The notes under the pieces were generated by a model, which saw nothing but the letters and a program-made list of their open reading frames with translations, searched no databases and was not told the origin of the DNA. A program made the translations under genes and the position numbers. Shown here in pieces: positions 11,787-24,456 of a DNA stretch of 58,111 nt. Source of the stretch: Klebsormidium nitens (lineage: Eukaryota; Plantae; Klebsormidiophyceae); contig DF237509.1 of assembly GCA_000708835.1 (NCBI GenBank), positions 1-58,111 on the forward strand, read 5' to 3'. Position 1 is the first letter of the stretch. Each line of letters starts with the position of its first letter.

Positions 11787-12984
11787 TTGCATAGCAACAG
11801 TGGGCACATTGTCTGGGCTAATCATGCGACAAGTTGGCAGCTACAAGAGACCACTAGGTTACTAGCATCATTGATCAAAGGATACCTAGGCTCCACTTGT
11901 CCACAAGTACTCCGTCAATGGATGACCATACATTCGTTTTGCTCATTGCACATATATCTGTGAGTAGTATTGGATGGTGGTTGGAAGCACTTTTGCTTGA
12001 ACGTTTGAGTTGGAATGCGGTCTTTCATTTGTCTTGTTCGCCCCTTGGTTTTAATTCTGCATTTAAATGGTTGTAATTGGTGAGAAGTCATATAAGTACT
12101 TTGAAAAGTGGCAACGATTTGTCGCCTATATGTTTGTTTACCCCGATAAGGATGTGAAGCCAAGTTAGCTAACTTGACCCTTTAGGACTTGATTCATTGC
12201 AAGGATATAATGTGTTCTTCGTACGTACTTTGTGCAATTGCAAGCATGCTACTACGCGTATAGGGCGCATGCGGAGGAGCCAAAGGAATGGGCCACCAAA
12301 GCTGCCAGCCAAAGGTTCCTGTGGCGCGGTAGGAAAGTCTTGAGCCAGGCTATTGTCGCGAGGAAGGAGGCCCCTAAGAGTCTACCTATATGTCCAGTAG
12401 CTCAAGCAGCGTTTTCTGCCAGGGCTACCACTTCTTTTCCCATTTTCGCACCTGCATCGAATTACTTGAATCTTATATACTTTCTGCACGCCTTGACATT
12501 GATGATTGGACAATAGGTACGATATATTCATAGGGATATCCTGACTGACATAACCCGAGAACGATACTGGCCACTTGTGGCGGCTGGGCCCCTGGGAATG
12601 ACATCAGACTACCAATGTACCATACGGTAGTAGGCAATGCAATGGGCATGATTGCGAGATCGATAGCATGGGCTATTTTAGTATTAGGGTTAGGTCCCAG
12701 GGGATGACTGAGGCGGCCTACCTGAGGTCATTAGGGTATATTAGGCACCGCGCACCGGGTCTACTACAGGGCGGTACCCGAGGTCCTGCAATTCGTCCGT
12801 CGATTTGCAATTCGACGGCTGACATCTCTGACCAGGCGACGTCATTCAACCGCTATTAATAGTTTGAAACTCATCTTGACGCACACCTCAACAACTTTGA
12901 ATTATGACGATCGATCATCGCGGGAAGCAAGAGTGGGCCTGATGCAAACCGTCGATCTTTTGTTCCGCAATAATCGGGCACGTT

Positions 12985-12994
12985 CTAAATTTAG
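12985..12994. promoter_or_regulatory. MEF2/N10-type CArG box CTA(A/T)4TAG upstream of the MADS gene
   Basis: CTAAATTTAG inside the 14-bp palindrome TTCTAAATTTAGAA, about 620 bp upstream of the MADS ATG. Confidence 0.35.
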
Positions 12995-13607
12995 AATGGG
13001 GCGCTTTGGGTACCTCTCAATAAGCTGCTCCCCGTCCAGGGTTTTGGTGGAGGGGGCCTTCCTTGCACATCTTAATACCCTGTCAACCACAAAGAAAGGA
13101 AAGGCGTTACGGTGACAACGGGGTTGTCGCATGCAAGCACCCCAAAACATCCTCAACACCAAGCAGCTGCGGGCTTCTCCAGGAGCTTGCCTTCGGTCCT
13201 GCTTCTGTCCAAGTCTTTTTACCTTGGAGGGAGCTTGGAAGGACCGCTGATTGCTGCATGGTCGCTCTGCATGGTAGCTGCGCTTGAACTTGTTGCCTGC
13301 GACAGCCTGTTCTCCTGGGATGCCGTACTTCTTGTACCTGGCATGGAGTTGTTGATCGTCACATTCAAGTAGTGGGTCGTGCACATTTCGACTGCGTCGG
13401 GAAGTAAATTGCTTCTTGGCAACTTGGGCGAGACCGTGGGCTGCATTGTTGAGGGTAAACAACATTGCAAGGGCTACAGTGGAGTGCGTCAGGGGTCGCC
13501 TTTGCAGTGGCATGTACTGCAAACAGAAGGAGCTGAAGAGGAGCATGTAAACGAGCGTATACAGAAAGGGAAGTCGAGGCGCCTGCAGCTTGTTTTATAC
13601 TGGCAAC

Positions 13608-16600
13608 ATGGGGCGCGCCAAGATTGAAATAAAGAGGATCGACAATGCCACAAATCGGCAGGTCACTTTTTCCAAACGGCGAAATGGTCTTCTCAAGAAA
13701 GCTTACGAGCTCAGTGTTCTTTGTGATGCTGATGTGGCCGTCATCATGTTTTCGCCAACGGGAAAGCTTTTTGAGTATGCAAACTCAAGGTGAGCAACAG
13801 CGAGCAACAGCTGGTGCAATGTTGATCTCCCGGTCTTTGATGATGTGCTACAGCGAGCCTGTCATATTCCATCATTCTTATTTCGCGTTGGCTTGTGTAA
13901 GCTGCTCCCTGATCTCCCGCCAAATGCTGTACTCTGCATATGTATAATACCCGATAACACGCAGTATTTCTTGTCTTGGTAAAGCTAGCCGCTTCCCGTC
14001 CAAAGTTAGCCCTTTCTTGCAGTATGAAAGAGATCCTCGACCGGTACCACAACGCTCCTCAAGAGCAGCGGGAAAAGGTGGGTATCCCAAGTCTGTAGAC
14101 ACCTGCTGCTTGAAATTCCCATTTTCGGTCCGTGTGCCTGCCCGTCACCAACGAAGATCAGCACTCCCTTCATACTGTTCACATGATGCACTTGTCAGTC
14201 ATGGCACTCGCATACATTTGCAAAGGTAGGGCGTAGAATCCTGCAGACAGCTTTTGCTGCTAGCCACAGGACCTGTGACCTCCTTGATTTCGAGGTTGAC
14301 CATATTAAAAAGTGCTTGTTTGTCTGCAGAGGAAGTTTGACAACAATGATGTAAGGAGACATCTTTCTACCTTAGTGAAAGCTGTCGAAGAGTGGCAGTC
14401 TTTGTGTTGCATGTTTGAAAGCATTCTAGGCTGCTGGGTTGCCCATGCCTGCACGTCACCTGACAATTTGCTGTATGCGGGTCTTGTCTGTTGCTGATTT
14501 GCCATGCTCGCCAAATGGAAGTGGACGGCTTCTCACGTCCTTCTCATTGTGGTTTCAGTATGTTGCTCAGCAAGCTAAGAGATTCCGTCATGAAGCAGAA
14601 ACGTACAAGAGAGAGTTGAGGTAGGTGCCAACTTCTACCAGGCAATTGCATTGGCATCCACAAGTCTACCCAGCTGTTACTCCTTCTGGACATGTTGAGC
14701 AATAGTGCAAAATGCCGGCATCAAGCTTGTCCTTATCTTTGAAAGGGTTCAAGTGAGCAGGAAGTATCGTGGTATGTGTTCTATTCGCTTTTGCAGGAAG
14801 GACCTCTAAGGAATGCTTAAGATGTCAAAAGAATCTTAGGGTTTTTGAATCCTGTGGATTTTCTGTTATCCAGGCACTATCAGGGGGAGGATCTTGGGCC
14901 CTTGCAAGTGCCCGACTTAGATCAGCTAGAAAAGAAGCTCGACGACGGGCTGCAGAAGGTGCGAGCGAGACAGGTATGCTGGCTTCACCCCAGTGTCTCA
15001 CCTCTGCATTTTCGCTCCGCCAGTATCCCTGCGCATCCCTGCATCACTGTACTGCAGCTGTTGACCAGCTGCCGCCATGTGTTTCTGAGGTTTGACCTAT
15101 GATTGAGCGGACTGCGTCTCTGTGCAGAAAGAGTTGCTGACACAGGAAGTGATGAAACTTAGACAGCAGGTGAGTGGGTTTCTCCTGCATTCTGGGGCGC
15201 CCACAGCCATTTTCTGTAACATTGTCCAGACTTTGTCCACGCGAGCTTGTCAGAGTCGTGTATGCGCTAGGAAGGCTGGATGCTGTCCAACATCCTATTT
15301 GCAATGGTACTGCTTTGTCGAGCCAGCTCAGTCATTCAAAGGTGTGACAAGAGACCACTCTCTGGCTGCCACAATCAGACTGCACACCTTGACGATCCTG
15401 ATATGCTGCTTTGTGTGGTTGTTCAAGCCACGGTCTTGCATTACGTTTTCGAAAAGGGTGTCTTGTGTCTGCAGCTGGAACAGTCAGAAGCCCAGGCGGT
15501 GGCTAGTGCGCAGCAATCAAACCCCTATGCTTCGCACTTTTCGGAGCTGTTGGGCCGCTCCAGCCTCGCCACCCCCCCCGGCCCCTCTCTCTCCAACCTC
15601 CCGTGAGCACGGCTGCTTCTGACGCTTGTGACTGTTGCGAAGGATGGCGTCAAGCTTCCCTGGTCTCATGCTCTGCTGCTTGCCGCTCTGCACGTAGTAG
15701 CTGCGCGGCTGACTCTCTCCCCGAGGGCCAGGCCTGCCGCTGCCCGCCCCCCCCGCTTGCTTGAGCCTTACGTGCGTGCCTGGCGGTGTGCAGGGCCCTG
15801 CCCTACTTCCCCTCCCTCACCGCCGGCTTTGGGCCCAGCTCCTCGTCGCTGGGGGCCATGGGGCAGCCCTCCCCCTCGGGCCAGCAAGGAGGTGAGGCGC
15901 CAGCCCCCCCGGGGCCCCCGTCCCCTGACCACTCGTGGGGCGCAGGAGCAGATTTCAACTTGAAAGTACTGGTGCTGCAGCCGTAGTGGTCGCACCACCG
16001 CGCTGTGCGGAGGCAGAAGGGGCGGTTGCAGTTTGGCATGGCCGCGCTTGCCCCGGCTGTCCCCCTTCACTGCTGTGCACTTGCAGCCTCTGCCTGGCGG
16101 GCCTGCCTGCGCTCCCCCTGCGCTGGGCTGTGTTTTGGCGCCTGCTTGCTGGCTGACTGGGCCTGCCCGCTGGCGCGCTGTGGTGTGCAGTGCTGAGCCC
16201 GAGCCAGCTGATGGACCTGGGCATGCCCGGCCCACAGAAGCTGCCGATGCGGATAGGGGGCCTCGCCAGGCCGCAGAACGATCCCCCCGGCACGCCAGGG
16301 GGAGTGGGGTTGGGGGGCGGCCTGGGGGGCTTAGAACAGCAGTGGGGCCAGGTGAGGCATCAAGGGGGCGCGCAACGACACGGGGAGCTGCAACTCTACC
16401 CAGCTCACATCCAATGACGGCCCAAACTCGCTCAGGCCTTGATGGCTTGATGGAATCGTTTTGCGCTACTCGTTCTGACGAACTCATGGCACTTGACATG
16501 TTCCCATTGGACCAATTGTGTATGTCAAAGACACTGACGTGTCCTCAAGGGACGGTGTATCCACCTCGCCTCTCCTTTTGCTTCCCTCTTTCAATTGGGC

Positions 16601-17026
16601 ACACAAAGTGTTTTGGCAGAATGGAAAGTTCTTCTGCATTCTCGAGTCCCTATCGTCAGTGCTGCTCGTGAGGCCTCAGAGAGCGTTTGCCAAAGAGCAC
16701 CAGTTGTCGGGGCTGGGCACACGCGATCATGGCCCGACTTGCCGCCGCTCGCTTGCATCGTCGCTGGTGTGGCGACTCCCGGGCTGACGGCGCGTGCTGT
16801 TGGTGTCCAGGGCCCGTCGTCGCTGGAGATGCTGTTGTTAGAGCGGCAACAGCAGCAGGACCAGCAGGAGCAGCAGCAACAGCAGCAGCAGCAACGGAGA
16901 TACGGGGTGAGCCACAGCGCGAGGCGCAGGAATGGTGGACGAGGAGTAGCTGCCTCTTATTGTCTGCAATTGCTGCCTCCGAGTCTATTTCAGATGAGGA
17001 GCCTGAGTGTGGGGTCGTCGTGCTAG
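13608..17026 (+). CDS. MIKC-type (type II) MADS-domain transcription factor
   Basis: MADS exon 13608-13789 ([41 protein letters not shown]). I-region exons 14023-14077 and 14330-14350. K exons 14559-14620 (62 nt), 14874-14973 (100 nt) and 15128-15169 (42 nt). C-terminal exons 15475-15602, 15794-15891, 16191-16351, 16811-16906 and 16994-17026 are phase-consistent but less certain. Confidence 0.92.
16847..16894 (+). repeat. CAG/CAA poly-Gln tract in the predicted MADS C-terminal exon
   Basis: Encodes [16 protein letters not shown]. Confidence 0.75.
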
Positions 17027-18613
17027 CGCAGTCGCCATCCTGCCAGCCCGGCCAGCTGACGGGGTCATTCGTGTGCTGTCGCAGGGCTTGGTGCTGCCCA
17101 GCCTGCCGCACCCGAGCGGAGGGCAAGGGCCCGGGACGGGGCCGTCCACACCCGGGGGCCAAGGCCTTCCCCCGGGACAGGGTAGCTGACACGGGGGGGG
17201 GGGGGCGCCAGGCACCGGCTAACTTTTTAACGAACGGGGGCTGTATGTTGGTCGTCTATTAACGTCACCAGCTGAGAAACGAGGGAATGCATTCTTTATG
17301 CACGTTTGCCCTTGATGCACAAGTGGCATCCATGCATGGGGAATGCTCACATCTAACTTAACTTCACTGCTTCCGGTCTTAACTATACCTACTCAAGGCT
17401 AGGCAACCTTTAAGAGGAAAGCGTTCAAACACCCCCTGCTCTTGATGCCGCTCAAGTTGGCACCACACGCAAGCCGCGGTCTTCAGATGCTGGCACTAAC
17501 CTCCAAAGCGGGATGCTTGTAAGTTGTCAGTCACGGTCCGAATTGTTGCCAAGCTGAAGCACATGGAAGCAGCATAGGGAGGATGGCGACTTGAAACAGC
17601 AGTTGGTGACACAAGGTGTAAGGTCATGAATGAATGGCTTCATCCATTTACTGTCATTCATTTGTGTACTTCCAAGTGTCTTGCATAAGATTGTTGGTCG
17701 AGGACTTGTGACCCATCCCAATGTCTGCTTCATGGTATGACTGACCACCCACCGCAGTGAGAAACTCTATTGCTGCACATGATACACTTCTTTGAATCAG
17801 CTGTGACACAATAATGATGGCAATTAAATTGGACAAGGCTCCGGACCAGGAGACATTATGTGGCCAAGATTATGTTGGCCAAGGTGTTTCGTGCTCGGCT
17901 CCATGTTGCATGAAGGGTGATGATTATTGGCAGAAAAAGATATCCCGTACATCATGGGGAGTAATGGGTGATGATTACTGTGCAGCATGCACCTTTCTCG
18001 ATCGTGACATAAATGTTGAGCTGATTGGATGTCTGCGCGCAAGCTTCATTGATAATTCGAGCGCGCAGATATGCATGCATATACATCTAGTATACGATTC
18101 GAGAAACGTGTATATAACGAAAGCAATGGGTTGAGTAATCCATGCACAACATTACGACATATTTTCAATGTCAGTGCATCATCATGCATACGCGCCAGAC
18201 CTGACGCAGCGATGTTGAGCTCGATAATGCGTGACATGTGATGGCCGGCATGACTGAGCTTGCCAACAATAAAGGCACTATCTATGCACCGTCGTCGTTG
18301 TCCTTGATACGAGTTGGAACTTCAATGCAGTAAGACCATGACAACATTCACCTGCCGGTGATTCACCCAAGTATGCCGGGTACTTGGGGGCTGCCCGAAA
18401 TGTCGGACCATGTGCACAGAGCGAAAGTTCAGGGTTGCAGCCGGGAATGTATCAGCTGATCTTGGACTCTGCAAGATCTGGCATGCCAAGCGAATATACT
18501 CGCAAGCTGCAACAGTCGTACGGCACATCTAAATTACGAACTGTGCCCCAACAACTCGACCTTGTGGACACGCTAACCAGTCAACCAACAGGAGGTAAAG
18601 ATCATCGTCAGGG

Positions 18614-21600
18614 TCACAAGAGCTGGTCCACTGCCAGCTGCAACTCGGGCCGGGCTTTGGCCGCTGCCTCCACGTCAGCAGCTGAGGCCACCGTCACGAT
18701 GTGCGCGCCCTCTCCGCGCACCGCCTCCAGAACGTCCGCAAAGTTCGCAAAGTCCTTCTCGCTGCACCCAACGTAAGGACCACCGTCAAAATTTGGTGAT
18801 GCTTGCGACATCATCTGAGTATTGAACCGAAGGAGTCAGCAGGGCGATCGCAACGAGTTCAAGCCCAATGCATTCACCAGCTGCGCTCTTCTCTCCAAAG
18901 GAGCGGTGGGAGGCCCTTCTTCTTGACTTAGCGCACCAGTAGAAACACCGACGCTCGAGGGTGCTCGAGACCTCGCACCACCGGGTGAGCTCTACCTGCG
19001 AGCTCCCGGGCGTGATTAAGGCGGCGCGCGCGTGGCAGCTGCGGGTCTTACCTGGTGGCGAGCACCTCTTCGCGGCGCTGCTGGCGCTCCTCGTCGGAGA
19101 CGCGCAGCAGGTGGCGCATGAGCGCGGTGTAGCCCTTGGCGTCCGGCAGCTGGTACGCGTCGATGTCGCCGATGGTCCCAATGATGGCCTTGCTCAGCGC
19201 GTCGCCCTCCAGGCGCAGGCTGCGCAGGAACGCGGGCGTGCCGTCGTATGTGTCCAGCGTCTTCACCAGGTTGGGGTCGCGGTACGACAAATACGTGAAC
19301 ATGCCTGCACGCCACGCCACTCAGAGCCGCTCAGCATGCTGCCCGCTCGCCTGCCCGCAGGAGACCGATCGAAACAGCAGCCTGCCACAGCCGGTGGGAA
19401 AGGCGGCGAAGCGACGGGCGAGGCAGCGGGCTTGCGCAGAGTGGGGAGAAGACCACGGCCAGGAAGCGGACCAGGGCGATGCTCACCGCTGTGCGAGTCA
19501 AAGTCGCAGAAGCCCCCATAGGCGCCGCCGCTCACGCGGACGCGGTCCCAGAGCCACGTGTTGCCGATGTGCTTGGAGATGACGTAGGCGCTCCCGCTCA
19601 GCTGGTAGCCGGCCGCGTACAGGTTGGCGCCCTTGCCCACATAGTTCACCTGCGCGGCACCGCACCCTCGCGGCGTCACTGCCAGTGCTCACTGCGACTA
19701 CTGCGACTGGCGCCACCCGGCTGTCTCTATGCCGGCATCCACGAGGAGATCCCGCAAGCATCGGTCGAACTGGGTGCCTAGCACGTTACTCTGAACGGAG
19801 GCCCGATGCAGATCACGTCAGAGCGCTAAAAAGGGTTCAAACAAGGGTCACACTAAGATTTCAATAAGGAGAGAGTACGAAGCCGACCTTGGAAACCCGT
19901 TATTGCCGCCGTGCAATGGCCGGATGCTGTTAGTGACTCCCTTTTTACGCACGGAATTTTGCGCGGATTCAGAAGTTTTCTTCCTGGCTTCAGTGGTCTT
20001 CGCATGCTCAGAATCTGGGGTTTGCCAGCTTGAACGACGTGGCAAACGCTGGTATCTTCATTGCTGCAAGACGACAGATCTTGCTACAAGATGTGTCGTC
20101 TTGAGCGGCGGCCCTGTCCGCCTGCTGTCCGCCCTGCTCTTTGTGGGTGCGCGCTCACCTGTGTGGGCACCACCAGCGCCTCGTTCCCCGCGCTCAGCCG
20201 CTCCGTCCACTCATGGCGCGGCCCCCCCTGCTGCGGCAGCGCGGCGAGGAAGTCGGCGACGGGCCCGTCTGCCGCGTGCAGCGTCTTGTCGTCGGCGGTC
20301 AAGTTCAGGATGGCCCCCTCCTGCGACAGCAGGCTCCGCCGGATGTCCTCCAGCTGGCCGCGCACCGCGTCCCACTCGCTGTCCACGCGCGCCTCCAGGT
20401 CCCGCAGGAAGCGCAGGTACGACGCGCCGCCCATCACCTCCGCGACCCAGCCCGCGGCGCTGTCCTTGGCGTCGATGCGCGTCGCCGCCAGGCTGTGGCC
20501 GCCGCCCACCACGCGCGCCTCCATGCGCGCCTTGGCCTGGCTCACGAACTGCTTGAAGCGCGCGCGATCGTCGAAGACCACGTCGTGCAGCAGCGTGCGC
20601 ATGAGCCCCAGCAGGTCGCCCGCCTGCCCCGCCATGCCCTTGCCCTTCACCACGAACGCGCTCACCGGCTCGCCGCTGCCGCGCCGGCTGCTGGTGAACG
20701 GGTACGCGCTGATGCCGCCCGTCTTGCGCCCGATCAGCTGGTTCAGCTGTACGAAGTCCATGTCGGCCGTGCCCCCCTCCAGCAGCGCCTGGCTGAAGAG
20801 CGGCACCAGCGGCAGCAGCCCCGCCGGCACGCGCCGCAGGTCCAGCACCGCCTCCGCGTACAGCACCTCGTTCGTGAACAGCTCGTGCCGCAGCACCGTG
20901 GCGCCGCCGCGCGCCTCCACCGCGCTGGGGATGGTGGCGGCGGTGCGCGGGATATCGGCCAGGTCCAGCGCGGGGATGGTGGCCAGCGCGGCCGGCAGGT
21001 CGGGCGTCTCCTGCCGCTCGCGCAGAGCTTGCGTGGCCTCGATAAGAGCGGTCACGTCGTCCTCGCGCAGCGCCGCCTTGGCCGCCGCCAGCCGTTCACG
21101 CTCCGCCGCCTCAGTGGCCTCCCCGAGGGCAGGGTCCGGCTGCAAGGGCGGAAGGTACGGGATCAGCCCTTGCGCATGCGGCCATAAGCAGTCGACAGAT
21201 TAGCAGATCTCCAGGTCGATCGGACATGCATCGGATCATACACAGACCGCCGAAGCGGGGGTCGTCGAACAAAAGTGCTTAAGTTGCATGAAGGCGAGGC
21301 GCAGGGCCTGCCCCGCCTGCGGCCGTCTCTCCGTGATGCCTGACCTGGAGCTCGAGGGTGACGCGGTGCGGGTTGTCGAGGAGGTAGCGCCGGATGAGCG
21401 GGCCGAAGAGCGCCTTGCTGCCCTGCTGCTGCAAGCGCGCCTTGAAGTGCTCCAGCGGGGCCGCAAAGCGCAGCGGCTCGAAGGGGCTGCGGTCGTAGAG
21501 CCACTTGCCGACGCTGCGCAGCATGAGCGCGAGGCCGCGCGGGAAGCTGCCCGTGTTGTTCTCGCGCAGGCTGAACTCGATCGTGTTGATGCTCGCCTCC

Positions 21601-24245
21601 ACCGCCTCCGCGCTGAACCCGCTCTCGGCCAGGCTCTCCAGCGTGGACAGCACCAGGCCCTCCACCGCGCCCGCGTTCTCCGCAGCCACGCCCTGCAAGC
21701 GCACCGCAAGTCGGGCGTCACACGGCGACCCACAAGCCGCCCTTTCAACAGCTTCATTCACTTGATTAGATCACGCATGAATTAGCCTACGGCATTGGAT
21801 GAGCTGCCCACAGGAGGCAGCGTTGCTGAGCGTGATGCCAGCTGGCGCGTGCGTTACCTTGAGGCCGATGCTGAAGGCGGGCTGGCGCAGGTCGTCGTCG
21901 ATGCCCCCCCCAATGATGGCCTCGCCCAGGCCGCTCTCCATGAGCGCCTTGCGCAGCGGCGCGGCGGGCGTGCCCAGCATCAAATGGTCCAAAAAGCCCA
22001 GCGCCAGCTCCGTCTCCACGTCCAGCACGTCCTCTGCACCAAAACAGGCGCGCCACCCTCAGCGACGGCAGCCACGATGACACGCACCGGGCAGGATCAC
22101 TCTCGCACCATTTCCAAGGCACCTGGCTCCAGCCGGCAGCCGTAAAGACTCTTCCCACAAACAACCTCTGAGGTGCCGACTTCTGGGACAGCAGCCGAAA
22201 GCCAACGGCACAACGGCAGTGCACCAGTTAAGCAGAGTGTTATGCCACTATGGAGCAGCTGAAAGCGGCCACAAGTCCACACATGCTGGAGCAGGCCTGG
22301 ATGCGATGCCTGACCTGCAAGGAGCCAGTTGACGGCGACCATGTTCTTGGCCTGCGACGCGTCTCCCCCGGCCGCGTACTTGTGCACTGCCTTCTTGGGC
22401 TCGGAGAAGAGCGGCTGGATGGCCACCTCCGACTCGTGCACTGCCTCGTTGCGCTCAAACTCGCTCAAATACTCTGGCAGCCGCAATACAGACAGCCAGT
22501 CAATCCGCGGCGAAATTCGGCAAGAAAGATCAATAGACAAACAGGCGCACGGAATGTTGGCGTACTTCTCAAAGCTGGTCTCAAGAAGTCTGCCTACAGC
22601 CTGTCGTTGTGGGGTCTCAGCAAGAAACACACAGCTTGTGTTCGGCCTGGGGAATACTCACTGTCCAGGATCTCGAGGCGCTTATCAAGCGGATCGTCGC
22701 CATAGAACCAGATGCGCGCGTTGCTAGGGTGATAGAACTTGCGGTGGAAGTCCTGGAACTCGGCGAAGGTGAGGTCCGGGATGACGGACGGGTCGCCGCC
22801 ACTGTCCACGCCGTACGTGTTGTCCGGGAAAAGGTTCTGCTGCGTGTAGCGCGCGAGCATGCTGTCTGGCTGGCTGTACACGCCCTTCATCTCGTTGAAC
22901 ACCACACCTGGCCACACGGCGACACGCGCAAAGAGTCAGCCGCAGACTCCAATTGGTGGGTACAACATGATGCAGGGACTGGAACCAAGTCTTGAGAGGC
23001 AAACTTCCAAGAAGCAAGAAACAAAGTTTGCCAGGAATCTGTCTCGAGATCCTCGCCAGAGCTCGAAGCGATGAATCGCCTTCCTTTGCAGGTGCCCAAT
23101 CAACAACTCAAGGAACAGCAAACTGAATGATGACAATGTTCAAGAGATGGAATGAATCAAAGTGCCATGGCAGACATTGAAGAACGCATTCTGGGTGTGT
23201 GCGGTGTACCCTTGAAGGTGATGTCATCGTCGGGCTTGTCCAGCTCATAGTGCCAGCCCTCCTGCTGGAAGGTCTGCTCGTCGCGCACGCAGTTGGGGAA
23301 CAGCACCGCGTCCAGGTACACGTCCACCAGGTTGTAAAAGTCCTGCGCGCACACAGGACCGCTCACACTGCTCAGCCAGTATACTCAGTTGACTGTCGTG
23401 TCTGGCAACACGAAATAACGGCTTCATGCGGGCCAGATCTAGGCGGTGGCACAAAAAGTGGCAAGGTTGAACAATGGGCGCCAAAAGTGTTGCTTGATGG
23501 CCGACTTCTTCTGGCAACTTCGTAGGGAGCGGAGGCTGACCTGGAGGTTGGTGGAGGCGACGGGGTAGCAGGTGCGGTCGGGGTAGGTGAACGCATTGAG
23601 GAAGGTGTTGAGGCTGCCCTTCATGAGCTCCACGAACGGCTCCTTGAGCGGGTACTTGCGGCTGCCGCACAGCACGCTGTGCTCCAAGATGTGCGGGATG
23701 CCTGTGCTGTTCTGCGGGGGTGTGCGCAGCACGATGCCAAACACCTTGTTCTCGTCATCGCTTGCCACCGACATCAACTCCGCTCCCGTCTTGTTGTGTT
23801 GGTACAGCACCGCATGCGCATTGTACTCAGCAATGTACTCCCCTTCCACTTCTGTAAAGCCGTACTTCTGCACTGCCTCCGAGGACGCCTTTCGCAGCGA
23901 CGGCCGCTCCGGGGCCGCCACCACAGCCCGTGCGGCGCCTGCCGCGCCGCTGAGGCGCCGCTGCGGGCCAGCATTGCCTGACAGCTGGCATGCAGCGGCA
24001 AAGCCGAGGCTGGGGTGCAACAGCGGGCGGGCGCCACTTGGGCGCAAGCCCGAGTACCCTGGCAGGCCCTGCCGCGGAGCACCCTGCCGCGCAGATGCTG
24101 CTGCGCTGCCTCGTGTGACGCCTCTCAAGGCGGCAACAGGTGTCGCGCTGCTAGCCCATCTCTGGCCCACTCGTGCCAGGAGGCGGCCAGCCCCGCTTGC
24201 GGGCGTCATGCAGGCAGGGCGGCACGCAGCCTGGACACCTGACAT
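18614..24245 (-). CDS. PREP: Presequence protease (M16C pitrilysin-family metallopeptidase) with N-terminal transit peptide
   Basis: Inverted zinc motif HILEH in NSTGIPHILEHSVLCGSRKYPLKEPF; also GVVFNEMKG and WLWDRVRVSGGAYGG. Ten exons: 24245-23541, 23342-23210, 22907-22662, 22473-22315, 22033-21858, 21692-21345, 21139-20159, 19649-19487, 19304-19052, 18761-18614. Confidence 0.96.
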
Positions 24246-24456
24246 GACAGCGGCACGCCACACGAATAGGCAGACGAATAAACGAATGGCCTTGCTCAAA
24301 AAATGATAGCTGTAAAGGAGACTGATGCAAACGCCTGCGCGCCCTACCTAACGCACGTGAAAGAGTTTTTGGAAGTGCAAAACGCTCCCTCGAAAACTCA
24401 CCAAGGCGCCTCAATCACCCTTGGGAATCAGGATACTCGAGTCCTAGAGCACAAGG

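Noticed and set aside
12902-13546. 214-aa minus-strand ORF upstream of the MADS gene
   Set aside because: No domain similarity or codon bias; it overlaps the probable MADS 5' UTR and promoter.
17193-17205. G13 run and G-rich tract after the MADS stop (possible G-quadruplex)
   Set aside because: G/C runs are common in this GC-rich genome; nothing specific supports a function.
20061-21203. Long plus-strand ORFs of 348-380 aa
   Set aside because: Antisense shadows of the GC3-rich PreP exon 7.
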